A stretch of DNA of 64,000 nt from Lytechinus pictus (GCF_037042905.1 NC_087248.1:11284001-11348000), one strand, 5' to 3'. Shown: positions 51,001 to 59,058, counted from the stretch's first letter. The notes: generated from the letters alone by a model not told the origin. Translations and numbers: made by a program.

Positions 51001-53109
51001 CAAACTGAAGTAAGAAAAGCCCTACCTATTGTTGTTTTTTAAAGGGATGACTTTGATAGAAGTCTGACTTAAAAAAAAAATCAGATAGTATACCAAATTT
51101 TGTGCGTTTGGTGAGAAACGATGTGAAGAGTTTGCTGAACTTTTGCTCTCAGGCTAATGTACCTCTAATGATCTTTCTTTCAGAATAAGACAAAGCCTGA
51201 ATCCCCATCCACTGACAGCCAGCCTCAACAGCCTCTCTTTGCCAGGTCTCGCTCCAAGAGCGGTGGAACCACCCTATCTAGCCCCAGCGGAGGGGGGCAG
51301 AGTGCCTGTAAGGGGCGCATCAAGGCCGGGAAGAAGGGCAGCAAGGTACCCCAGATCAAGCGAAGTGGCTCCGAGCCTAATCTTTACCTTCAGAAGCAGC
51401 TGGAAGCGGAGGATGAGCTGGAGATGCAATCGGAAGCAGGTGGGGTTTTTCAGAAGTATTATAGGGTCCCCAGTTTTCAAAAATGCAAATCCTATATTCG
51501 GGGGTATTCTAAACAACAAATCCTGTGTTTCTCTGATGACTTAACAAATAATATAGAAAAGAAGTTGTAAACAGTAAAAATCTTGGAAACATGTATAAGT
51601 TGCCATTATGTACACCCTGCATAATATACAAGGAAAGCTCGACAGATAAGTGCTGAACACTGCAAACAGGTTTGTTCAGCAGATATTTCACTGATGCACA
51701 TCTTTTTTTATTGGATTTTGCTTTTTTAATAATATTCATGAATTTCAAATTGTTTTGGCACTAAAAATTGTGTTTGTTTTCCAGGAAATTCTTTTCCTTC
51801 TGTGTACCTCCCTAATTCCATGAAATTTTTTCTTTTCCTATTTCTTGGAAAATTGAGATTTTATATCAGGGTTGGTCCTTACTTTGTTGCCTGCCTGATT
51901 GTTGCCTACCTGGCAAAAAGGCGTTAGTGCAAGCATGATAAATACATGTATGATGCAACTGGAAGAAAGACCTTAGCACTTGCATGCTCTACAAGATAAT
52001 TGGAGGTTACACCTAAGTTGATGTCTTGCTAACTGCAATGTAGTCATCTTGCTTGCATTAAAATCTGTATGAAAGTTTGGTACATCGAACAATTATCAAT
52101 TTTCAAAAGGGGGAGGCAAATAATGTATGATTAATACTTTCCCCACCTTACTTTTGATGATAAAGATTGGCCGATTCCCCAAGTTTAATTTGTTGTTCAA
52201 TCCTGTCACCAAAAATGAAAAAAAAATACATCAATAGACGAAGGGGCAGTTTTTATTTTGATATTGGGTGATGAGAAAAAGTACCCCTGTTTTTGGAAGA
52301 TGACCTCATGTCTTGTATAAAAGTTATGAAAGGAAGGCTTTTTAGTGTTACATGTAGTTGTTCTTGAAGACAATTTTAATGTATGCACTAAAAAAGAAAT
52401 TAATTTCTTGGTTCTGTTTTCTCCCCTAGATGGCGGTTCTCCAATCAAACAACGGAGAGGTTCTGCTGGATCACAGGCTAGCAGTAACAAGCAATCCCGT
52501 TTGATGTCTCCTGGCTCCAACAGGATCTCCCCTCCTGGAGGTGGATCCTCTAAGCTCCCAATTAAACACAGCACCTCCACCCAAAACCTCAGTATGAACG
52601 GCTCCTCCAGGAGTTCCTCATCCTCCTCCAGCTCTTCATCTTCTTCTTCTTCCGTCGCTTCCGCTGCAGCCAAACGAGCCACCAGCCCCGGCCCAAGCAA
52701 GCGTGGCACTAGCCCAGGCAGGACCAACAAGCGAGGCACCAGTCCAGGCCCCACAAAACGTGGCACCAGTCCCGGTCCCACTAAACCTCAGCGAGGCACC
52801 AGTCCTGGCCCTTCTTCCAAAAATCGAGCCATCAGCCCGGGTAGGACACCGCGGACCAAACAGGTGATGTCTCCAACTGCAGGGATAAAGATGCCTTCAA
52901 GCAGTGTGAGCAATGCTAATAATAGCAACAGTGACGAATGCACTGGGAAACTGAGCAAGATGGCCAAGATGTATCGCAATCTGCACAAGAAGGAACTGAA
53001 AAATAATGAAGACAATGCCAATAATAACAACAACTGTAATGACTTCGTGAGCGGAACTTCAAGCAACAGTACCCTACACAGTGGTGATGCTACTGATATG
53101 CCATTGTAA
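1..53109 (+). CDS. CEP97: Centrosomal protein CEP97 orthologue (LRR + LRRCT + IQ + coiled coil, plus FN3 and long disordered tail); 19 coding exons, 5' end just outside the window
   Basis: Exons join(<1..20,394..548,1460..1618,7253..7354,8081..8194,11708..11799,18124..18222,22887..23001,24382..24747,26121..26250,28027..28741,30555..30761,31048..31123,33471..33701,35065..35646,35991..36214,36880..38809,51184..51439,52430..53109). All introns are GT-AG with matching phases and give one open frame of ~2,083 aa. Diagnostic CEP97 peptides: [74 protein letters not shown]. Confidence 0.93.
394..548 (+). CDS. CEP97: CEP97 exon 2 (LRR start: [11 protein letters not shown]...[23 protein letters not shown])
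   Basis: ttaacag acceptor, CAG|gtatgg donor; LRR pattern. Confidence 0.93.
622..770. mobile_element. MITE family F (TTTCATGAAA...TGATGAAAC ends; internal GTTACCATAGTAA)
   Basis: Related copies at ~49290-49408, 53534-53670 and 61917-62073. Confidence 0.6.
1460..1618 (+). CDS. CEP97: CEP97 exon 3 ([53 protein letters not shown])
   Basis: gggcag acceptor, AAG|gtacag donor; 159 nt, phase 0/0; SDS22-like LRRs. Confidence 0.95.
2021..2188. mobile_element. MITE family A (TIR GTTTCATAAAGCTGTTCGTAAG)
   Basis: Inverted termini; copies at 34399-34584, 40899-41070, 41072-41245, 54034-54209 and ~20325-20580. Confidence 0.8.
3350..3715. repeat. CT-rich low-complexity tract
   Basis: Polypyrimidine (CT)n-like run. 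Confidence 0.85.
4007..4315. mobile_element. MITE family D (TIR GGCCCGTATTCTGAAG)
   Basis: Copies at 40316-40626 and 53712-54023 share the same TIRs. Confidence 0.8.
6506..6960. mobile_element. Non-autonomous DNA transposon, TIR GGGCWATTCCA, 4-bp TSD AATA (Sola-like, tentative)
   Basis: AATA|GGGCTATTCCA ... TGGAATTGCCC|AATA; three internal GGTTACTCAYGTTAC motifs. Confidence 0.65.
7253..7354 (+). CDS. CEP97: CEP97 exon 4 ([34 protein letters not shown])
   Basis: ccgtag acceptor, AAG|gtgggt donor; 102 nt LRR. Confidence 0.95.
8081..8194 (+). CDS. CEP97: CEP97 exon 5 ([38 protein letters not shown])
   Basis: tttacag acceptor, GAG|gtaggg donor; 114 nt LRR. Confidence 0.95.
8258..8485. mobile_element. 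MITE family C (TIR GGGCCCCRTCTTACAAAGAG)
   Basis: Copies at 15434-15702, 54432-54694 and 54695-54915. Confidence 0.8.
9221..9352. mobile_element. MITE family B (TIR GGGCCCYGTAACACAAAG, ~130 bp)
   Basis: Copies at 31834-31964, 31969-32090, 47232-47364 and ~20399-20495. Confidence 0.75.
11708..11799 (+). CDS. CEP97: CEP97 exon 6 ([30 protein letters not shown]), ends at a U12 donor
   Basis: ccttag acceptor; GC|GTATCCTTTT minor-class donor; phase 2. Confidence 0.92.
11878..12172. repeat. (CAT)n trinucleotide microsatellite
   Basis: Degenerate ATC/CAT repeats. Confidence 0.9.
12896..13438. mobile_element. GC-rich non-autonomous DNA transposon with 8-bp TSD GTACAGTC
   Basis: GTACAGTC|CCCGGGGGGGGGCACTC ... 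GAGTGCCCCTCCCCCCCCCCGGG|GTACAGTC; CpG-rich, so probably a young insertion. Confidence 0.85.
13811..13827 (+). promoter_or_regulatory. RFX X-box (GTTGCCTAGCAAC) overlapping a CCAAT box
   Basis: Near-perfect X-box consensus GTNRCC(N0-3)RGYAAC followed by CCAAT. Confidence 0.4.
14140..14290 (+). mobile_element. SINE central-domain fragment (Meta-domain-like)
   Basis: CTTTCGGAGGAGACTCTAAGCCGTCAGTCCC...GCACGCTAAAAAACC...GTAAAGAGTAGGG; similar to the core of the SINE at 40085-40233. Confidence 0.55.
15434..15702. mobile_element. MITE family C copy
   Basis: GGGGCCCGTCTTACAAAGAG...CTCTTTGTAGACGGGGCCC. Confidence 0.8.
16672..16685 (+). promoter_or_regulatory. RFX X-box (GTTACCATAGCAAC)
   Basis: Full X-box consensus; a second weaker site GTTGCTATGGATAT at 16782. 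Confidence 0.4.
18124..18222 (+). CDS. CEP97: CEP97 exon 7 ([32 protein letters not shown]; LRRCT)
   Basis: U12 acceptor, AA|gtaagt donor; alternative in-frame AG ends at 18138. Confidence 0.92.
20848..21250. repeat. GA-rich microsatellite region
   Basis: (GA)n runs and poly-G. Confidence 0.8.
22085..22200 (-). mobile_element. SINE/LINE 3' tail (L2-type ...GGCGCTATACAAATGCC(TAT)n)
   Basis: Reverse complement GCGCTGAAAGGCAGCTCGTGCTAAAGCCGGGGTAAT matches the element at ~32875-32910. Confidence 0.6.
22887..23001 (+). CDS. CEP97: CEP97 exon 8 ([38 protein letters not shown])
   Basis: acgcag acceptor, GAG|gtatta donor; highly conserved CEP97 peptide. Confidence 0.95.
23040..23920. repeat. Tandem satellite, ~205-223 bp unit, about 4 copies
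   Basis: TAAAGATATT anchor at 23241, 23446, 23669 and 23891. Confidence 0.85.
24382..24747 (+). CDS. CEP97: CEP97 exon 9 ([18 protein letters not shown]... Pro/Ser-rich)
   Basis: gatcag acceptor, AAG|gtgagt donor; phase 0/0. Confidence 0.9.
25388..25990. mobile_element. MITE family E, TTAA TSD with AGG...CCT termini (Kolobok-like)
   Basis: TTAA|AGGTCAAGTCCACCCC...GGGGTGGACTTGTCCT|TTAA; copies at 42564-43134 and 55913-56490. Confidence 0.85.
26121..26250 (+). CDS. CEP97: CEP97 exon 10 (VLSPGSAW...VFLQDIE)
   Basis: cttttag acceptor, G|gtatgc donor; LQDIE resembles the LEDIQ motif recalled from vertebrate CEP97. Confidence 0.88.
26615..27064. repeat. Tandem duplication (~228 bp x2)
   Basis: ACTTTGATCGATAAT...AAAATGATACCCTACATGATATGATTAT...GATGAGTGAGTTTCTCAGC occurs twice. 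Confidence 0.85.
28027..28741 (+). CDS. CEP97: CEP97 exon 11 ([17 protein letters not shown]... low complexity)
   Basis: gtgtag acceptor, AG|gtatgt donor; LASEASFLP resembles CEP97 LSSESTFMP. Confidence 0.88.
30555..30761 (+). CDS. CEP97: CEP97 exon 12 (IQ motif [16 protein letters not shown], then coiled coil)
   Basis: tagcag NAGNAG acceptor, AG|gtatgt donor; calmodulin-binding IQ consensus. Confidence 0.92.
31048..31123 (+). CDS. CEP97: CEP97 exon 13 ([25 protein letters not shown])
   Basis: gtgcag acceptor, CAG|gtaaat donor; 76 nt; LWNQ motif. Confidence 0.93.
31180..31505. repeat. GA-rich low-complexity tract
   Basis: (GA)n purine-rich run. Confidence 0.8.
31834..32090. mobile_element. 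Two adjacent family-B MITEs
   Basis: Two ~125-bp palindromic units with CCYGTAACAYAAAG termini. Confidence 0.7.
32795..32990 (+). mobile_element. SINE 3' half (conserved core ...CAACCCAGGTGAGGTAAATGGGTACC + L2-type tail)
   Basis: Core motif followed by AAGCGCATAGAG...GTGCTATACAAGAA tail. Confidence 0.6.
33471..33701 (+). CDS. CEP97: CEP97 exon 14 (VKTLQEWKQ...[11 protein letters not shown])
   Basis: gtgtag acceptor, CAG|gtatta donor; phase 0/0. Confidence 0.9.
33712..34288. mobile_element. Fold-back MITE with ~230-bp inverted arms, AGG...CCT termini and degenerate TTAA TSD
   Basis: Arms include CTTTCTATGGGGATCCTCAAATTAGCCACCAT / ATGGTGGCTAATTTGAGGATCCCCATAGAAAG. Confidence 0.85.
34399..34584. 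mobile_element. MITE family A copy
   Basis: Same TIR and internal AAGGATCACCAGTCGTT. Confidence 0.8.
35065..35646 (+). CDS. CEP97: CEP97 exon 15 ([11 protein letters not shown]...EDAEPK)
   Basis: agacag acceptor, AAA|gtaatc donor; phase 0/0. Confidence 0.85.
35991..36214 (+). CDS. CEP97: CEP97 exon 16 (fibronectin type III domain, first part)
   Basis: ccctacag acceptor, AG|gtcagg donor; [23 protein letters not shown]...IKGYKLFI...[11 protein letters not shown] fits the FN3 consensus. Confidence 0.87.
36880..38809 (+). CDS. CEP97: CEP97 exon 17 (end of FN3, [15 protein letters not shown]; 1.9-kb disordered S/K/E-rich segment)
   Basis: tttttag acceptor, CAG|gtaatg donor; lies within the 654-aa ORF 36857..38821; in-frame stop at 38821 if unspliced. 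Confidence 0.87.
40085..40233 (-). mobile_element. tRNA-derived SINE (tRNA-Thr-like head with A/B boxes + Meta-like core)
   Basis: Minus strand GGCGCGATAGCTCAGTCGGTAGAGCG...CCGGGTTCGATTC, then TCCTTCGGAGAGGACCTTAAGCCGTCGGTCC; acceptor and T stems do not pair. Confidence 0.8.
40316..40626. mobile_element. MITE family D copy
   Basis: GGCCCGTATTCTGAAG...TTCAGAATACGGGCC. Confidence 0.8.
40899..41245. mobile_element. Two tandem family-A MITEs (preceded by a family-B remnant)
   Basis: Two complete TIR pairs joined at CCACCTGGAGG. Confidence 0.8.
41813..42160. repeat. Palindromic element: ~124-bp hairpin with GCGAAGC loop, plus a second TGACGTCA-flanked hairpin
   Basis: TTTCCCGAGGGGCGAAGCCCCGAGGGAAA core; TGACGTCAGACCTCGATATAT...ATATATCGAGGTCTGACGTCA. 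Confidence 0.75.
42564..43134. mobile_element. MITE family E copy (TTAA TSD)
   Basis: TTAA|AGGACAAGTCCACCCC...GGTGGACTTGACCT|TTAA. Confidence 0.85.
43399..43659 (-). CDS. Nested gene exon 5 ([15 protein letters not shown]...[15 protein letters not shown]...IESCKAF...*)
   Basis: tttgaacag acceptor; TAA stop at 43399-43401. Confidence 0.87.
   Translation of the reverse strand, partial: FSEIGLNQWFLTETCKYPYSLVHEDVGCYSTTRGHKALAVDLSVDPTENNSTIFEGIIMIESCKAFISGAQEVNVEGSTSSTNSTS
43399..47597 (-). CDS. Nested antisense gene: secreted neurotrophin/Spaetzle-like cystine-knot precursor (384 aa) with only 4 knot cysteines
   Basis: complement(join(43399..43659,44263..44413,45305..45563,46157..46424,47382..47597)) = 1155 nt; all GT-AG, phases 0,1,2,0. 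Signal peptide [21 protein letters not shown]; furin sites RRRRKRR, IRKR, RVKR. Predicted mature domain [12 protein letters not shown]...[11 protein letters not shown]...QWFLTETC...[15 protein letters not shown]...[10 protein letters not shown] aligns by eye to NGF VCDS..ATDIKGKEV..QYFFETKC..CTTTHTFVKALTMD..IRIDTACVC. Confidence 0.85.
44263..44413 (-). CDS. Nested gene exon 4 (RKR...RVKR|[32 protein letters not shown])
   Basis: ctcttttattcag acceptor, CAG|gtaata donor. Confidence 0.85.
45305..45563 (-). CDS. Nested gene exon 3 (G/S-rich linker, RRRRKRR furin site)
   Basis: cttcaccag acceptor, AG|gttggg donor. Confidence 0.83.
46157..46424 (-). CDS. Nested gene exon 2 (acidic pro-region [12 protein letters not shown]...DDDA)
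   Basis: atacag acceptor, G|gtgagc donor. Confidence 0.85.
47232..47364. mobile_element. MITE family B copy in intron 1 of the nested gene
   Basis: GGGTCCTGTAACACAAAG...CTTTGTGTTACGGGCCCC. Confidence 0.75.
47382..47597 (-). CDS. Nested gene exon 1 (signal peptide + [13 protein letters not shown] pro-motif)
   Basis: GCCATGATGG start context; GAG|gtgagg donor. Confidence 0.83.
49497..50107. mobile_element. TTAA-flanked MITE related to family E (AGGGATGGTC...GACCATCCCT)
   Basis: TTAA on both sides, long imperfect inverted arms. Confidence 0.8.
51184..51439 (+). CDS. CEP97: CEP97 exon 18 ([10 protein letters not shown]...[28 protein letters not shown])
   Basis: ctttctttcag acceptor, G|gtgggg donor; phase 0 in and phase 1 out fit the neighbouring exons; GC-rich coding-like island. 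Confidence 0.78.
52430..53109 (+). CDS. CEP97: CEP97 terminal exon 19 (S-rich, KRGTSPGP repeats, ends ...DATDMPL*)
   Basis: ctcccctag acceptor; open to TAA 53107-53109; phase 1 fits exon 18. Confidence 0.8.
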
Positions 53110-53533
53110 TGTTGAGGACAACTTCATTATTCACCAACCGGGAGCATAATTTTGTGCCTACATGTACTTTGATGCATTGAGCTTTAGCTATCAAGTTTAA
53201 AAGTCTGTTTGTACTCGCATGTATATGGTGAAAACATTATGTCTATTCCTGGTGCAATGTTGGGGGATTTTTTTACACCTGAATGAGGCTTCAGTTAGTG
53301 TTTTATGAATCGTACGTAATTCCCAAAATTGTACAATTTATGCCACAAGTGCCGTTGACATGATAAGGAGACCAGTCATGCCTTTAGCATGATACACACT
53401 ATGCAAAGTTTGTTTATATCAAAAGTTTAATTATGCATGTACTCAGTGTTTAGGGATTTACAGTGCTTGCATGAGGTGAAGGCTGATGGTGTGTGTAGTC
53501 TTTCAATATGTGCACTTCCCGTTCTGGTTCTGG

Positions 53534-54915
53534 GCCTGTTTCATGAAGACTCATAGTAAATTTGCATGCAATTGTTGCTAACTACCATGGAAAACTTGGT
53601 TTTGATTGGCTGCTGAACCCTGTTACCATGGTAGTTACAACGATAGCAAGTCTTTGTAAAATTGGACCCTGGGATAGTACCAATGAGATTCATGGATAGG
53701 ATAAACTCATAGGCCCGTATTCTGAAGTCGGGTTTAACTTAAACTCAGGTTTAAAGTTGTGGTTTAAGTATGGACAGCCAATTGTTACATAAATCACTAA
53801 TGGTAGAGATATCATATTTCAGCTCATTTGGCTCTCAAATCATTCATAATTGTCTAGGAAGTATATATAGATTATTGTATTCACCATCGATGAATCAGGA
53901 AAAAGCACAGTAAACATAAGAAACGTACAACTTAATAAAAAAAAATGATACTTTTGGCTTCCCATACTTAAACCACAACTTTAAACCTGAGTCTAAGTTA
54001 AACCTGACTTCAGAATACGGGCCATTCTTTCTGGTGGGCGTTTCATAAAGCTGTTCGTAAAGTTACGTACACCTTTACACACAACTGGTACATAATCTTC
54101 GGTCCTAACTCAATTATATAGGGATATATCTTTTGGCATGAGAAAGGGTTACCAGTGGTGCGTAAAGTCATTTGTATCTTATGAACAGCTTTATGAAACA
54201 CCCACCTGGTATGCTGCGTAGTTTATCATTCTTCAGTAGTGTATACAGCTTGGGAAGTAATTATTAGACCATACCATATGGGAGCTTGGTAGGGAAATGG
54301 TGTAATAACTTTTTTCAAAAACTGTTTAATGTACAGTTATCTTTTTCAGTCAAATGATTGGCTAAGTGAAAGCAATTCTTCAGACCAGAAAATGCAAAGC
54401 ATGCATTATTTTCTTAGTTTCACATATATGAGGGTCCTGTCTTACAAGGATTTGTGGTTGATCAAATCAAAGTCAACTATATGGAAATCCATGAATGTCG
54501 TAGCTTTCCCTTCAAACAATTTGCACAATGTTCTTTTGTAAACAAAGAGGAGCATGCTAAATCGTCAAGTAAACAATTAATGTATGAATATTCATCATAT
54601 CTAGAAAATATTTTGAACAAACATGCATTTATATGTTGATGTTGCTGACTTGTGGTTGATCAGATCAATCATAACTATTTGTAAGATGGGGCCCTGAGTT
54701 GCGATTGATCCAATCAATCACAACGATGGAAAGCGAGCAACATCAACATTTAAATACATTATTGTTGAAAATATTTCTAGATATGGTGTATATTCATACA
54801 TTCATTGTTTTCTTGAATATTAACTGTGCTTCTCTTTGTTTCAAATGAACATTGTGCAAATTTCCCGTAGAATAAATTATGTCATTGATGGATTTCCATA
54901 TAGTTGAGGTTGATT
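53534..54915. mobile_element. Cluster of MITEs (families F, D, A, C, C) downstream of the CEP97 stop
   Basis: TIR pairs at 53712-54023, 54034-54209 and 54432-54694, plus an inverted C copy to ~54915. Confidence 0.75.
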
Positions 54916-55912
54916 CTCAAGTTGGCTAAAAACATTTACAAATTCTTGGAATCATTCATTTTCACGTCCACTTTAAGTTATGGATTTAGAATATTACAGG
55001 AAGCATTTAGTTTGTTTCCTTGTGTACAGTATTCCCTGTTTTGATCTTGTTGTCATTCATTAAAAAATTGAATTTCTCCTCCTGGTTACGTGCTGCAAAA
55101 ATTGAAAAAAAAAATGCATGTTATTGTAATTTGTACCTGTAAAAGAATGAAAATGAACAACAACAGCATTAAACAAATACTTCAAATGTGTTTTAAAACC
55201 AGTGTGTGTCTTCGGTGATAACTACAGTGCAATATTAATTATGTTTCATCAGCATCTTGATAATACTTATCTTGTATACTTTTCATTTTGAAAATAATAT
55301 GTAAATAATTGGGAAATGATTTGAACGTTCATTTGGGAACACCAATGTTAAAAGATATGAATTGTTTTTACTACCATGCAAATGATCACCTAAATGGGCT
55401 TTCAAATTTGATGGATGGTGCCTCAGAAAATATCAAAATTATATTCCTTTTTTGTTGTTGTCCTGTTGTCACTAACGTCTTTGTCAAATCTTGTGTTTTA
55501 ATTGATTTGTTGAATTATTTGTAAATTTATAGTATGTGGCAATAAATTATAGATTAGATAATTTACCATATTTTGTAAATATGTTTGTACATTTATGATT
55601 GAGATTTTATTACATTTGCATAGAAATGCTTGCCTTTATATATTCAAAGTCACATATTATTATTTGTGTTATATTGGGAGGACCACAATAATAAGTTTGG
55701 ATGAAACAAAAAATAATAAAGCTAAGAATCAGAAAAACAGATCAGGAACATGTTTTAGAATAAAAACTAAGAGAGCTACATGAATAAGAGGACATTATCA
55801 TACAGGTCAGTAGTGAATTTGCTTGCCCTCTAAATGGAAAAAGGTTGCAAGTTGCAACCAATTTTATAATAATATTATTTTACATTTCACCTTGGTCCTG
55901 TAATATAATTAT

Positions 55913-56490
55913 AGGACAAGTCCACCCCAACAGTTTTGTTGTTTTGAATAAAAAGAGAAAAATCTAACAAGCACAACACTGAAAATTTCATCAAAATCGG
56001 ATGTAAAATAAGAAAGTTATGACATCTTAAAATTTTGCTTAATTTTCATAAAACAGTTATATGCACATCCTGGTCAGTATGCAAATGAGGGGACTGATGG
56101 CATCACTATTTCTTTTGTATTTTGTTATGTGAAATAAGAAATATTATAATTTTGTCCTCATTGTCTTGTGAAACAAAGTTTTATTTTTCCCTTTACATGT
56201 GGAATTATTATTTTTACGGTTCAGGCAAGTTGTTCCTTATTGTCAAATCTGTAAAATTTGAAATATTGTATAATTCAAATAATGAAATACAAAGAAATAG
56301 TGAGGGACATCATCGATCCTCTTTTACATATCACTGAGTTGTGCAAATAGCTGTTTTGTGAAAAATAAGCGAAACTGTAAAATATAACTTTCTTATTTTA
56401 AATTTGATTTGAATAAAATTTTCAGCATTCTGCTTGTCTGATTTTTCTCTATTTATTTAAATCAAGATTTTTCTGGGATGGACTTGACCT
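55913..56490. mobile_element. MITE family E copy
   Basis: AGGACAAGTCCACCCC...GGATGGACTTGACCT. Confidence 0.8.
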
Positions 56491-58159
56491 TATCATGGGG
56501 CTGATTTCATTGATCATTGTGTATCACCAAACTTAAAGGTTGGCCCCACAATCAATCGCTAAGCCATATCTTACGGGGGCCTAGTGTACTTGTCTTCTAC
56601 GATGAATGAATTTCATGGATACATGTAGACAAAACAGTTGAATTAGAGGAAATAATCTAAATTTTATCTTTCTGAGCTCTGTTTAAAAATGTTTTTTTCC
56701 TACTCTTCTTGTTAATTTCTCTCTGTACTCATGAGAAATGCTATACCTTTCCTATTTTGAGCGAAATCAACCCTATTTTTATTACTTTATTGCAAATGTA
56801 CAGCAGAGTGAGGGGTTTGATTTCGGTGTCAGATCTCAAGACTAATATTTGCCAGAAAAAACTGCCCCAAATAATTAAAATCTATGCCATTCGATCCATG
56901 AATTTGCAAAATTCGAAACTTGTACTTTTGTCCCCCTTTTCTTAGTGTTCACTGGTTTATAAACTTTATATTTCTGCTTTGATTAAGAGTTTAACTGTTG
57001 ATATCAAGGTGAACATTTCTTGAAGGTCACCCAGAAGAACAACAGTAAAAAAAATCCAATGGATGTCTTAGTTTACCATTGGATGATTTTTGATGTCATG
57101 TAAAGAGTACATGCCACAAAGAAAGAATGAAGGAGTTAACTACCTATGAACCCTGCTTCATGATTTTTTTATTCTCTTTGATTTAAACTGGCATACTTTA
57201 TGTAAATTTTACTGCCAGATGAACAAAATTAAAAGAACTGGTAAACAATGTACAGCCTAGAATACTCTGAAATATGAACATTTTCCCATTGCCGTTTCTA
57301 ATCTCTAAATCGGTCAGGTGTACATAAACTGTCTGGACACACAAATCTCAGTATTCATTCTTCATGCCTTTTCTTCTGGATGACTCTGTGTCTTACTCGC
57401 AAGCCTCAGTATCCCTCTCCCCTGCCAGACCTATTATTTTGTACATATGAATGAATTGGTTTGTAATATACTGCAGTATGATTTAGAGAAATGAAATAGA
57501 ACATTCCTTACCTAGTTTAAATTATTTTTTGAGAGCTCCAATATTTTCTGTTGTGTACATGTAGATAATTTGTATTCTTTAAAATATGAGAAAGAGGTTT
57601 ATTGTTGAACAATTAAAGCCAATTTAATGAAATGTTACGAGTGTTTGTATTTTTATACATTGACTTTAGTCATTGACACTTGCGATTGCAAGATTTTGCG
57701 AGTTCCTGGCGTTTAATAAAGCTGTTCCTTAAATTAAGAATACAGTTAGGAGTAACATTATGAATGACTAGAACAAAAAAATTGCATTAGCAGATGTTGA
57801 ATGGACAAAATGCTTACAGTTCAAAGACACATTCAGTGTATAGCTTTGTCACGATTTGATTCAAAATACTTGAAATTAGCCATGCATTATTGGAAAAAGT
57901 ATCAAAATTCTTTTATATCTTGGTATTTTTTTCCAATTCTTTTTCATAAACTTTACACATAACTTTTCTAACAGCTATACAACTCCCTAACTATTGTTTG
58001 TTTCTCCTCTTTATATTGGTTTAATGAGCAGAAGTCCTGATTTATTTATATATTAGGTATTTCAATAGGTTCATTTAATTCGCAATTCTTGACCCCCTCT
58101 ATGATCAGAACACCTACCATGCACCATAGTTCATACGTTGATTATAATGACTTCATTGG

Positions 58160-58860
58160 TCTATTGATTGATTGATGGTTGATTGGTGTGAATATTGATT
58201 GATCTATTTGGTTGGTTGATTGATTTTCTATTTGGTTGATTGGATGGTTTCTTCTCCTTATAGGTTGCGTAAGTGATTATGTGATTAGTTGATTGATTGG
58301 TTGATTGATTTGCTGATTGATTGATCAAGCGGTTTATTGATTGGTTGGTTGATTAGTTGAGGTTCGATTGGTTGATTAGTTGATTGATTGGTTTGTTTAT
58401 TGATTAGCTGATTGATTGGATAGTTTATTGATGGATCGGTTGATTGGTTGGTTGATTGATGGATTGATTAATTGGTTGGTTAGTTGGTTGAATGATTGGT
58501 TGGTTGATTGATTGATTGGTTGATTGATTGGTTGGTTGATCGGTTGGTTGATTGATTGGATAGTTGATTGATTGATTGGTTGGTTAATTGATTGATTGGT
58601 TGGTTGGTTTATTGATTAGCTGATTGATTGGATAGTTGATTGATTGGTTGGTTGGGGATTGATTAGTTGATTGATTGGTTGATAGATTGATTGATCGGTT
58701 AGTTGGTTTATTGATTAGCTGATTGATTGGATAGTTGATTGATCGATCGGTTGGTTGGTTGGATGATTGATTGGTACGTTGGTTGGTTTATTGATTAGCT
58801 GATTGATTGATTGATTAGTTGGTTGATTGATGGATTGTTTGGTTGATTGAATGAATGATT
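58160..58860. repeat. (GATT/GGTT)n tetranucleotide microsatellite
   Basis: ~700 bp of TGAT/TGGT repeats. Confidence 0.92.
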
Positions 58861-59058
58861 AGCTGCATGGTGCTCTGAAAATGGGATAATCGTCGTTCCG
58901 GGTATAGCTTGACTGTCCACCATTGTGTGAATACCTTATTTCGTTGTGTGAAAATGAAGTTAAAGACTTAACTGCAATCATTTATTACGAATACCCCTCC
59001 CTTCTCATTAACAGGCTCTTTGCTTTTCGATGGAGCAGACGATCGGAAAATTGGATAT

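Noticed and set aside
51239-51544. ORF-track frame [12 protein letters not shown]...
   Set aside because: Wrong frame; the splice phases favour the NKTKPESP... frame (51184-51439), which joins exons 17 and 19.
55541-57720. AATAAA signals at 55541 and 57715 as the CEP97 poly(A) site
   Set aside because: Several candidates in AT-rich DNA; cannot choose one without 3'-end data.
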